A stretch of DNA of 47,029 nt from an uncultured Pseudomonadales bacterium. Lineage in GTDB: Bacteria; Patescibacteriota; Microgenomatia; UBA1400; PJMF01. The notes below the pieces were generated by a model. That model was not told the DNA's origin. It saw only the letters and a list, made by a program, of their open reading frames with translations, and searched no databases. Every line of letters starts with the position of its first letter. The stretch's first letter is position 1. The position numbers were made by a program, and so were the translations under genes. The DNA lies in the NCBI GenBank assembly GCA_964423285.1, contig CAYREI010000003.1:1-47029 (forward strand), given 5' to 3'. Below are positions 26,932 to 35,808 of the stretch, one piece after another.

Positions 26932-27815
26932 AAAAGGGCAAAAAAATTCAAACTGGAGTATCAGTTGTTATTCCTACTTATAAAGGTAAAACTTTGATGG
27001 AAAAAAATTTTCCACTAGTTTTAAAATCTCTTCAAGACGGTGATGAAGTAGTAATAGTTGATGACGGTGGTTTTAAAGAAACATTAGTGTGGTTAAAGAA
27101 AAATTATGGGTTGGGGAAAGGTGTTAAGAATGATGACTATACTTTATATAGTGGTCAGTATAGAGAAGGTCAGAAAAAAAATAAGATTATTTATGTAGTT
27201 AATCAAACTAGTCTTCGTTTTGCTGCTAATAGCAATCGGGGAGTAGAGTTAGCCAATCACTCGTTAATTTTTTTGGTGAACGATGATGTTAGTACTTATC
27301 CAAACACAATTAAAAGATTAACTCCTCATTTTAAAGATAAAAGTATGTTTGCAGTAAGCTGTCTAGAATTTGACCACCAGCATGGAGGAGTTAAGAGCGG
27401 GAAAAATAAACTTTGGTTTGAGCGGGGAATGTTTGTTCATTCTAAAGCTGATAATTTAAAATTGGGGAAAACTGCTTGGGCTAGTGGGGGAAGTGCTATG
27501 TTTAGCCGAGATAAGTGGTTAAAAATTGGTGGATTTGACTTAGCTTATTACCCAGCTTATTGGGAAGACATTGATTTATCTTATACCGCTCGTAAAATGG
27601 GTTGGAAAATTATGTTTGAGCCTCAAGCAAAAGTTGATCATAATCATGAGACCACCAATACTGACGTTTTTGGCCAGATGAAGATGGAGCAGATGAGTTG
27701 GAAACATGCTAATATTTTTACTTGGAAGCAGGCTGATTTTTGGCAAAAAATAGCATATTTATTATGGAAACCCTACTGGTGGGTCCAACGTTGGCGCACT
27801 AAAATAAAATTATGA
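26928..27815 (+). CDS. GT2 family glycosyltransferase
   Basis: VSVVIPTYKG, VDDGG, LVNDDV and YWEDIDLSY. Confidence 0.8.
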   Translation: MKKGKKIQTGVSVVIPTYKGKTLMEKNFPLVLKSLQDGDEVVIVDDGGFKETLVWLKKNYGLGKGVKNDDYTLYSGQYREGQKKNKIIYVVNQTSLRFAANSNRGVELANHSLIFLVNDDVSTYPNTIKRLTPHFKDKSMFAVSCLEFDHQHGGVKSGKNKLWFERGMFVHSKADNLKLGKTAWASGGSAMFSRDKWLKIGGFDLAYYPAYWEDIDLSYTARKMGWKIMFEPQAKVDHNHETTNTDVFGQMKMEQMSWKHANIFTWKQADFWQKIAYLLWKPYWWVQRWRTKIKL

Positions 27816-29521
27816 CTCTGATTAAGCGTTATAGTAGTTTTTTGTTACTAATTCTTGTTTTATTTTCATTTTGTTTAAGATTTTGGTGGCTAGAGAGATC
27901 ACCTCGAGGCTTACTGATTGACGAAGCTCATTTTGGGTACATTTCTTACTCATTGATAGAGACGGGGAGAGATGAACATGGAATTTCCTGGCCAATTGTT
28001 TTTAAAGGCTTTGGCGATCAAAAATTACCAGTTCAAGCATACTTATTAATTCCATTTATAAAATTTATCGGTTTAAATTCGGTTGCGGTGCGTTTGCCAG
28101 CAGTGATTGCTGGGTCATTATTGGTGGCGGTAATCTATTGGCTACTGCGAGAATTTAAAATTAAGGAAGAATTGGCTCTATTTGGAGCATTAATTGTCTC
28201 TCTGAGCCCATGGACGTTTATCATGAGTCGTTTTGCCTATGAAGCAAATATTGCTCTATTACTTTTTACTTTAGGTTTAATTTTTTTATACAAAATTACT
28301 CAAAAAAAAGGTTGGTGGTGGCTGATTATATCAGCATTCTTAATGGCTTTAACTTGGTATACCTATATTGCTTTTCGTCCTGTGACATTATTGTTCTCTA
28401 TTGGGTTTTTAATTTTTTTGTTAGTAACTAAACAAATTAAATGGCAAAAGGGGATGCTGTTTATAGCTATTTTTTCAGTTTTAGTGTTGCCACTCTTTCA
28501 TCCAGAGATAGCTACGAGCGGTGTGGCTCGATTTAATCAAGTTGGGATTCTAGCTGATGAAGGTTTAGTGATGGCAATTAATCAAAATCGCACTTTTTGT
28601 ACCGCTAAGTTGCCAAAATTTATTTGTTATGGACTGTGGAATAAACCGTTTTATATTGGTAAGGAATTAATTCAACGATTTGTAGCCACTTATTCTCCAC
28701 AGTTTTTGTTTACCAGTGGCAATAAACAGCTCCGTTATCAATCAGTTGAAGACTTTGGACAATTTTATTTAATTTTATTACCACTATTATTTTTAGGCAT
28801 AGTAGGGGCCTTGTTTAAAGTTGAAACCCAAAGAACCGCAAATAATACTCGGATATTTGTATTATTGGGTTTATTAATTGCACCCATCTCATGTATTTTA
28901 ACCGGGCAACCTCAAATGGTTAGACTTTCTCCGTTATTACCTTTCTTAATTTTGACCATGGTTTTAGGTTTACAGGTTATTTGGCAATTTTTACCTAGAG
29001 TTAATTGGCAAAAAATTATTGGCGGGGGACTAACTCTATTATTTATTTTTTCAAGTCTCCCCTTCTTAGTTAATTTTTATACTATCCACACAGTCAAATA
29101 TGATGAGGCTTATCAGTCCTATTTACCAGAATTATTTGAAATTTTAGACTCTTATCCCAAGCAGATCTCAATTTATATTAGACCGTTTTTTTCCGATCCA
29201 ATCATGGCTTATGCTTACTATAATCAGATTGACCCAGATCATTACCAGAAAAATGTGCAGTTGGGAAAAGAGGAGGATTCTGGATTTCAACATGCGGTGG
29301 GCTTAGATAATTTAAAGGTTTCTGAAGAACCAATGGTAAATTCAGGCTGCAGAGCAGTTAGAGAAAAACAAGAAGCCTATTATGTAACTAATGAAGAGTT
29401 TAAAAATCCAACTATTGAATATTTACATCGGATAGCGTCAGAAAACGGTGCAATGCATTACGCTTATATTTATGACGCCGCTGGATATGCAGCCAAGCAT
29501 CCCGAGATGTGTTTGGACTGA
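27812..29521 (+). CDS. GT-C fold membrane glycosyltransferase, family 39-like
   Basis: IDEAHFGY (D-E motif) after the first TM, >10 TM helices, soluble C-terminal domain. Confidence 0.7.
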   Translation: MTLIKRYSSFLLLILVLFSFCLRFWWLERSPRGLLIDEAHFGYISYSLIETGRDEHGISWPIVFKGFGDQKLPVQAYLLIPFIKFIGLNSVAVRLPAVIAGSLLVAVIYWLLREFKIKEELALFGALIVSLSPWTFIMSRFAYEANIALLLFTLGLIFLYKITQKKGWWWLIISAFLMALTWYTYIAFRPVTLLFSIGFLIFLLVTKQIKWQKGMLFIAIFSVLVLPLFHPEIATSGVARFNQVGILADEGLVMAINQNRTFCTAKLPKFICYGLWNKPFYIGKELIQRFVATYSPQFLFTSGNKQLRYQSVEDFGQFYLILLPLLFLGIVGALFKVETQRTANNTRIFVLLGLLIAPISCILTGQPQMVRLSPLLPFLILTMVLGLQVIWQFLPRVNWQKIIGGGLTLLFIFSSLPFLVNFYTIHTVKYDEAYQSYLPELFEILDSYPKQISIYIRPFFSDPIMAYAYYNQIDPDHYQKNVQLGKEEDSGFQHAVGLDNLKVSEEPMVNSGCRAVREKQEAYYVTNEEFKNPTIEYLHRIASENGAMHYAYIYDAAGYAAKHPEMCLD

Positions 29522-29522
29522 T

Positions 29523-30809
29523 TTATTTTAAATGAAGATAAGTTGTAAAAGATCCACCACCATGATCTAAAATTGCTAAATTAATTAGTGAGCTACTAGA
29601 ATTACAAAATAACGTACCAGTATAAAGTTCTCCTTCTTTGATTGCTTTAATTGTACGGTTATCTAGGTCAACAACGTCAAGTCCTGTATGAAAGCCATAG
29701 GCATATCGACTTGAGTAAGGAGTAATACCAAACATTTGAGTTATGATAGGAGAATTTAATGGCCACAAGTTTTCTCCCGAACCAACATTAACACCAATTA
29801 ATTTATTGCTGTCGTTAAACCATTGAATAGTACGATTTTGTAAAGTAGTTAATGGGTTAGAAGCAACACCCTCAAGTCTATTTTCGCTTATGTTTAAATT
29901 TCCCTCAGTTATATTTTCTAAATGAAGATGAGCGCCCGAAGAACATCCAGGAAAGCCAGTGTTGCCCATAATACCAATCTGAGAGCCTGATCCAACATGT
30001 CCTCGACTTGTTAATCCACCAATACTGTAAGTAATATGAGCTTTTCCATCTTCAAACAATAATTTTACAGCTAGAGCTTGTTGTTCAGCTCTTGTGGCTG
30101 TTAGCAGCTGCTGGTACCTGGACTCATCATGCTTAGTAATTGCTAATAAATTTTCTTTTTCTTGTTTTTGACTAGCTAAGGTAGCTCTTTGTGCTTCTAG
30201 TTTTTTTTCAATCGTTTCTAATTCTTGTTGCTTCTGTTCTTTAAGGTTTTTTTGCTCGTCATAGACCAAGCGTTGAGATTCAGCTCGATGCATGGCTTCC
30301 AGAGTTTGTTTTTTAGCCAATTTAATATACTTGTATTCAGATAAAAAATTACTCAGAGAGTTACCTTTGAATAATAAAAATATTGGATCAACTTGAGTCC
30401 GCTTATATTGTTCTCCAACTCTTTTTACTAAAATTGAACTAAGCCTATCTAGAGAGATATTCAAACCACTAATTCGTTCAATTAGTTCTTCAATTTCTTT
30501 TTTTAATTGAACTTTTTTAGTTAAAGTTTGCTGAATTTGTAATTCTTGAATTGAAATTTGGCCAGCAATAATACTAATAGTATTATTGAGAGTTATTTTG
30601 TCTTTTTGAAGTTTGCCAATTTCGTTTTCAAGACATGATTCAACATTAGCGAAACAAGAATTTTTTTGAGTGTCATCATCAATCTGTTTGCATTCGTTGA
30701 AATTTTCACAGCTGTTTCCATAAACAAAGTTAGGATTAAGGAAAATAATCAGTCCAATTAGTAAAAAAAAGATGCTGATTAGCCAATGTCTTTGAGTTTT
30801 CTTACCCAT
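29523..30809 (-). CDS. Secreted coiled-coil M23 (LytM-type) metallopeptidase, EnvC/PcsB-like position after ftsEX
   Basis: Signal/TM, a 4-Cys segment, then a ~180-aa heptad-rich Q/E/K region. MGNTGFPGCSSGAHLHLE (HxH motif, residues ~281-298) comes before GFHTGLD (HxxxD, ~372-378), and the ORF ends ...DHGGGSFTTYLHLK. Confidence 0.8.
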   Translation of the reverse strand: MGKKTQRHWLISIFFLLIGLIIFLNPNFVYGNSCENFNECKQIDDDTQKNSCFANVESCLENEIGKLQKDKITLNNTISIIAGQISIQELQIQQTLTKKVQLKKEIEELIERISGLNISLDRLSSILVKRVGEQYKRTQVDPIFLLFKGNSLSNFLSEYKYIKLAKKQTLEAMHRAESQRLVYDEQKNLKEQKQQELETIEKKLEAQRATLASQKQEKENLLAITKHDESRYQQLLTATRAEQQALAVKLLFEDGKAHITYSIGGLTSRGHVGSGSQIGIMGNTGFPGCSSGAHLHLENITEGNLNISENRLEGVASNPLTTLQNRTIQWFNDSNKLIGVNVGSGENLWPLNSPIITQMFGITPYSSRYAYGFHTGLDVVDLDNRTIKAIKEGELYTGTLFCNSSSSLINLAILDHGGGSFTTYLHLK

Positions 30810-30813
30810 AGCG

Positions 30814-31680
30814 TCATTTCATCATCCTTTTTACTGCGGTCACACCAGCAAATCCACCCAGGAGAATAGTAGCTAAAGTTCCAACACTAAGTTGTATGGC
30901 AAAAATTTCCCATGGCACAGGCAGAAGAGTAATTGTGCCTAAGAAGTTTCTTAACCACGGGGTCAGATAAAGCAGCATGACATACATCGTTCCCCAGCCA
31001 ATTAATGATCCAACTAAGCCGTAGATAATGCCTTCAAAAAAGAAAGGAGCTTCGATAAACCAATTATTAGCTCCCAAAAATTTCATAATCTGAATTGCTT
31101 TTTTACGATTGGTGACTTTCATACTAATGAGAGCAGTAATAATTAAAAAGGATGTCAAACCTAAGACTACCACCACTGCAACACCAATATATCTTACTGA
31201 TGTTGTCCAGCTGGTCAATGAATTGACAATGTCTTGTTGAAAAACTACCTCTTCAATTTCATCCAGTTCTTCTAAATCATCTTTAATTTGTACTAATGAT
31301 GAAATTTCATCTGCTGAAGCTTCAATGCTGGCAGGTAAAATGTCAGCAGTGACTAGTTCTAGAAGCAACTGATCATCTTTATTTTCTTCTCTATAAGTAG
31401 TCAGAGCTTCTTCTTGAGTAATTAATTGAACATTATTTACATAAGACTTTTTTTGCATGTTTTCACCGACTTGATTAATTTCGTTGATAGACGCATCTAA
31501 CTCAAAAAAACCAATTACTTGTGGTTTAGTTTCAAAATAATTTAAAATCTGCTGAGTCCCCGCAATCATTAAAGAAAAAGAATAGGCTACAAATAATGTT
31601 ATGGTGGTAATTGCCACGGCCGTGATGCTTTGGAAGGGTGAGCGTCTGATATTGGTTAATGCTGTTAAGAAAGGATTCAT
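30814..31680 (-). CDS. ftsX: Cell-division ABC transporter permease FtsX
   Basis: TM1, a ~110-aa extracytoplasmic loop, then three C-terminal TMs. Overlaps the ftsE stop by 4 nt. Confidence 0.8.
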   Translation of the reverse strand: MNPFLTALTNIRRSPFQSITAVAITTITLFVAYSFSLMIAGTQQILNYFETKPQVIGFFELDASINEINQVGENMQKKSYVNNVQLITQEEALTTYREENKDDQLLLELVTADILPASIEASADEISSLVQIKDDLEELDEIEEVVFQQDIVNSLTSWTTSVRYIGVAVVVVLGLTSFLIITALISMKVTNRKKAIQIMKFLGANNWFIEAPFFFEGIIYGLVGSLIGWGTMYVMLLYLTPWLRNFLGTITLLPVPWEIFAIQLSVGTLATILLGGFAGVTAVKRMMK

Positions 31681-32495
31681 TTTTTCTCCTGCTTTTTTCT
31701 TAATTGAAGTTTTTTTAAAGATAATTTAAGCCGAGGTTTCTTAGGTTTGTCTTCTAATTTTTCAATTTTTTCTTCTGGTTTAGGAGGTTGTTTTTTTTCT
31801 GTTTTCTTTTTTTCAGTCTTCCCCCTTTTTCTTTGAGTGTCTAAAATTAATTCTCCATTTTTTAATTCAAGGCGTCTGACGTCATTCATTAAATCGAGTA
31901 CCACCACATCATGAGTTGATACAAGTACCGTTGTGCCTAGCTCATTGATTTTTTTAAGTAATTTAACAATTGCTAGAGACGAATCTTTGTCTAGGTTTCC
32001 AGTAGGCTCATCAGCAAATAAGACCGGTGGGGCAGTGGCTAATGCCCTAGCAATACTGACTCTCTGAGCTTCTCCACCAGACAGTTCTCTAGGGAAGAGC
32101 TCAGCTTTATTTTCCAGCTTAACTAGTTTTAAAAGGTCGGTGACTCTTTCTTCAATCTGAGATTCTAATTTGCCGGCAATTAATAGTGGTAATGCCACAT
32201 TTTCCCAAACATTTGATTCTTGAAGTAATCGATAATCTTGAAACACCACTCCAATTCGGCGTCGGTGTTGGGGTAGCAATGCCGACTTCATTTCTTCTAA
32301 AGAAATTCCTTCAAATAAAATTTGACCCTCACTGGGTAAGTATTCCTTGGTTATAAGGCGCATGACGGTAGTTTTACCACTCCCAGTGGGTCCTGTAATT
32401 AAGACTAATTCGCCTGGATCAATCTCAAAACTAATTTCCTTAACCCCATAAGTGTCATTAAAAAATTTTTTTGAAACTTTATCAAAAATTATCAT
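31677..32495 (-). CDS. ftsE: Cell-division ATP-binding protein FtsE with a ~50-aa Lys-rich C-terminal tail
   Basis: Walker A GPTGSGKTT, signature LSGGEAQRV, Walker B LFADEPTGNLD, H-loop STHD. The tail is RKRGKTEKKKTEKKQPPKPEEK...LRKKQEKK. Confidence 0.85.
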   Translation of the reverse strand: MIIFDKVSKKFFNDTYGVKEISFEIDPGELVLITGPTGSGKTTVMRLITKEYLPSEGQILFEGISLEEMKSALLPQHRRRIGVVFQDYRLLQESNVWENVALPLLIAGKLESQIEERVTDLLKLVKLENKAELFPRELSGGEAQRVSIARALATAPPVLFADEPTGNLDKDSSLAIVKLLKKINELGTTVLVSTHDVVVLDLMNDVRRLELKNGELILDTQRKRGKTEKKKTEKKQPPKPEEKIEKLEDKPKKPRLKLSLKKLQLRKKQEKK

Positions 32496-32537
32496 AGGCA
32501 GATCTAGTGTAGCGTTTATAATGAGACTATTGCAATA

Positions 32538-33131
32538 CTACTCTTCACTGGGGACCTGAGCTTCGGTATTTAAAATTTCAATTCGACCCACATCCATAAG
32601 CCAACCAGCTTTTTGACCTTTAAACGTTTCTCCCCAAATTTTAACTTCCATGCCAGCAAATTTATCTAGGTCTGTGATAGAAGAAGTAAGATAAACGGTT
32701 TGAGAAATACCTCCGGGACGAATAATTTTATGAGAGCCTTCTCCATCAACTCCACCAACCTCTAAATATCCTTCAGCTGAGTCTTTGAATGTTTTTTCGT
32801 CTTTGATTCCAAAAATATCACCAACTTTTATTTGGCCTTCTTCAGCTACTCGTTGTAAATTTGAAGGACCGGGAAGTGGAAGTATGCCGCCATGATTAGA
32901 TTTAAGCTTAAAACCACCGTAGCCAGTAGCTACTCCAGCGATCACAGCCACAACGCTTAAAATAATTGCTAGTTTGGGAAAGGATGATGTCATAGGATTG
33001 TCATTATTATCGGAGACTGGAGTTTCGTCAACAACACTTTTAGTCTCAATCTCAATTTCTTCAATATTTTCTTTTTTTAAACTAGGAGCAGCTGATGAAG
33101 GCTGAGTATCTTTAAGGCTTATTTTTCTCAT
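32538..33131 (-). CDS. Hypothetical single-pass membrane protein with a C-terminal beta-rich domain
   Basis: Acidic/disordered N-terminus, one TM (LAIILSVVAVIAGVATGYGG), then a ~120-aa extracytoplasmic domain. No family recognised. Confidence 0.65.
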   Translation of the reverse strand: MRKISLKDTQPSSAAPSLKKENIEEIEIETKSVVDETPVSDNNDNPMTSSFPKLAIILSVVAVIAGVATGYGGFKLKSNHGGILPLPGPSNLQRVAEEGQIKVGDIFGIKDEKTFKDSAEGYLEVGGVDGEGSHKIIRPGGISQTVYLTSSITDLDKFAGMEVKIWGETFKGQKAGWLMDVGRIEILNTEAQVPSEE

Positions 33132-33163
33132 AGTTTTATCATACTAAGTTTATCGAGTGATGA

Positions 33164-34264
33164 CTAGAGTTGTCTAATTTCTTCTTTAATAAATTGATCC
33201 AAATCTCCATCTAAAACTCCAGCTGTGTCTGAAGTTTCATACCCAGTTCTAGTATCTTTAACTAGCTGATAAGGGTGCAGTACATAATTACGGATTTGTG
33301 TTCCCCAAGTAGCTTCAATGTGTTTCCCCTTAACTTCAGCTAATTCCATTTTTTGTTTTCGATCTTCTCTCTGGGCTAGGATAGCTTTAAGTTTTTTTAA
33401 GGCTCGTTCTTTATTTTGTGCTTGACTCCTTTCTTCTCTACACTTCACCACAATTGATGTGGGAGCATGGGTTAACTCAACCGCAGTGTTGACTTTATTA
33501 ACATTTTGTCCGCCCGCACCACCAGAACGACTGAACTGCCATTCTAAATCACTATCTTTGACTTTGATTTCTGTACTGTTAGCTTCCATTAAAGGTAATA
33601 CTTCTACTAACGCAAAAGAAGTTTGACGTAAATTATCAGCGTTAAAAGGGCTAAGTCTAACTAATCGGTGTGTTCCAACTTCATGCTTTAAAAACCCGTA
33701 AGCGTATGGAGTTGAAATTTCATATTCAACACTTTTAATCCCAGCTTCTTCACCACGTGATTCAGAAATGAATTTATGTTTCCAGTTTTTTCTTTCAAAA
33801 TATCTAAGATACATTCTTTGGATCATTTCTGCCCAGTCCATGGCTTCAGTTCCTCCTTGTCCAGAGTGAATAGAAAGAATAGCTCCATAGGAATCATATT
33901 TATTATTTAAAAACTGATTTAATTCTAAGTTGTTAATAGTTGATTCATATTTAGGCAATAAATCTATAATTTCATCTTCAATGGATTTAGTATTTTGTTT
34001 ATCTGCTTCATTTAGTAATTCCAACATGGTTTGGATGTCTTGAGTTTGCTGTTTGGCTTGTGAAATTTGAGAAATTTTAGCTTGAAGTTGAGAAACCTGT
34101 TTCATAATTTTTTGCGCATCACTGCGTTGCCAAAAATTATTTTGATAAGTTTGTCCTTGAATTTCTTTTAATTCATTTTTGAATTGATCTAAGTTAAGAC
34201 TTTGAAGTAATTTTTGAGCTTTATTGATGAGTTCATTAATTTTTTCTCGAGTTTGCTGATGCAT
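33164..34264 (-). CDS. prfB: Peptide chain release factor 2
   Basis: SPF tripeptide (VRLSPFN) and GGQ motif (SGGAGGQNVNKV). A single uninterrupted frame from the ATG. Confidence 0.9.
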   Translation of the reverse strand: MHQQTREKINELINKAQKLLQSLNLDQFKNELKEIQGQTYQNNFWQRSDAQKIMKQVSQLQAKISQISQAKQQTQDIQTMLELLNEADKQNTKSIEDEIIDLLPKYESTINNLELNQFLNNKYDSYGAILSIHSGQGGTEAMDWAEMIQRMYLRYFERKNWKHKFISESRGEEAGIKSVEYEISTPYAYGFLKHEVGTHRLVRLSPFNADNLRQTSFALVEVLPLMEANSTEIKVKDSDLEWQFSRSGGAGGQNVNKVNTAVELTHAPTSIVVKCREERSQAQNKERALKKLKAILAQREDRKQKMELAEVKGKHIEATWGTQIRNYVLHPYQLVKDTRTGYETSDTAGVLDGDLDQFIKEEIRQL

Positions 34265-34280
34265 GTTGGTATTGTAACAG

Positions 34281-35792
34281 TCAATTATCCAAATTTACGA
34301 GAGTGTCTTTGATAAGGTCAAAATTAAATTCTTGATCATAATAAGTAATATGATAGGGAATTTTACTTAGACCAGCTTGTTTCTGAATAAAGATTTTAGA
34401 TTTTTTGTTAAATGTTGAATTATCAAATTTAATTGATAGTTTTTTAGTTTGTTTTTCTGGCAAAGTTAATAAAAATCCTATTTGTTTAAATAACTCTCCA
34501 CCAGAATTAGAGACTAATTCTTCATTCCAGTTAATAATCTTTTGATCATCAAATATGATTTCCTCAATTTTTGTTTCTGGGGATAAAATAATTCTCTGAT
34601 AATTTACGTAGCCGAGATGATTGGCTTCGTTAAGATTTTTCTTTTCAGAGCTAGGTGGTAGATTATGATTTACAAAAATGACTTCAATTAAATTATAATC
34701 CTCTTTAATTTTTAAATTAACTGCTCTATCCAGATGTTGATTGGCTTTGTTAATACCTACATTGGATTCAACCAACATTAAATATGCAGCGTCTTTAATT
34801 TGAGTAAGCCGACCAGAGATTTTTAATTTTTCAAATAATAATTGCAAACTTTGGTCATTACTGAAAAATTGTAAATCTTTTTCTATTGCACTTGCAGCCA
34901 CTTTTTCTACTAAAAGTTGTTGATCTGACTGATCCAGGCTTTGTAGTTTAATTAGTAATTGATTAAAAAATGTAGTTAAAAAATGTTGTTTTTGAACACT
35001 TCCTGGGAAAAATTCATCTCTATCTGCTCGAGCAATATCTGAAAAGTTATTTTTAGTAATAGTTTGATCATAGTCATGAATATAAACAGGCCCAGTTACA
35101 GAAAGAATTTTTTCTATTATCGGCAAATTAACTGCTATTGCTCCATTGATGCCAACTTCTTTTCCCCAGGCTAAATAGGTGAGAATTTGCTGGGCACTAG
35201 TAGGAAAGTCTGGATGCCAATTAGCATCTCGTAGGCGCAGACCATCACCACCACTTAAATATTCTTTGGCTCCAGTCGGGGCTTCAATAAACCAGCCAAA
35301 TTGACCGTCAGGCACATAGATATCTTCAATTTTAAAATCTATTAATTGTCCATCTCGTAGCTGAATTTTGGCATATGAACCTAGGAAGCCACCGGTAGCT
35401 CTGAGTTCTTCTGAGTTTTGAAACAATAGCACATAAGTTTGTTCACCTGTCAGTATTTTTTGAGCAATAGTTATTAAATCTGGAGCTAAATCGAGCTGAG
35501 TCTGTCTATCAGTGACAACTTTTTGAGCTATCCAACTTTTAGAAATTTGATGATTAAATTTAAGTAAAATTTGTTCTATTTTTTTTAGATCTAATCTAAG
35601 CTGATCGGCTTGTTTTTTTTGTTCATCTTTATCATTTGAGAATAAATTTTGAGTATAAATCTGAGTACTTTTAATGGTTTTTTTAGCAGCCTTGGCTAAC
35701 CTTATTCCTGTCCAGCTAGCTTGGATAGTGGGATAAGTAAAAATGACAATAATAAGTCCAATTAAAAATGGCTTTAAGCGATTCATCTTCAT
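34281..35792 (-). CDS. DUF4012-type secreted/membrane-anchored protein
   Basis: Start taken at MKMNRLKPFLIGLIIVIF (35792), 16 nt after the cyclophilin stop. The track start at 35906 would overlap the cyclophilin gene by ~100 nt. NSEELRATGGFLGSYA matches my memory of the DUF4012 signature. Confidence 0.7.
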   Translation of the reverse strand: MKMNRLKPFLIGLIIVIFTYPTIQASWTGIRLAKAAKKTIKSTQIYTQNLFSNDKDEQKKQADQLRLDLKKIEQILLKFNHQISKSWIAQKVVTDRQTQLDLAPDLITIAQKILTGEQTYVLLFQNSEELRATGGFLGSYAKIQLRDGQLIDFKIEDIYVPDGQFGWFIEAPTGAKEYLSGGDGLRLRDANWHPDFPTSAQQILTYLAWGKEVGINGAIAVNLPIIEKILSVTGPVYIHDYDQTITKNNFSDIARADRDEFFPGSVQKQHFLTTFFNQLLIKLQSLDQSDQQLLVEKVAASAIEKDLQFFSNDQSLQLLFEKLKISGRLTQIKDAAYLMLVESNVGINKANQHLDRAVNLKIKEDYNLIEVIFVNHNLPPSSEKKNLNEANHLGYVNYQRIILSPETKIEEIIFDDQKIINWNEELVSNSGGELFKQIGFLLTLPEKQTKKLSIKFDNSTFNKKSKIFIQKQAGLSKIPYHITYYDQEFNFDLIKDTLVNLDN

Positions 35793-35808
35793 TCTATTGT
35801 GCCACAAA

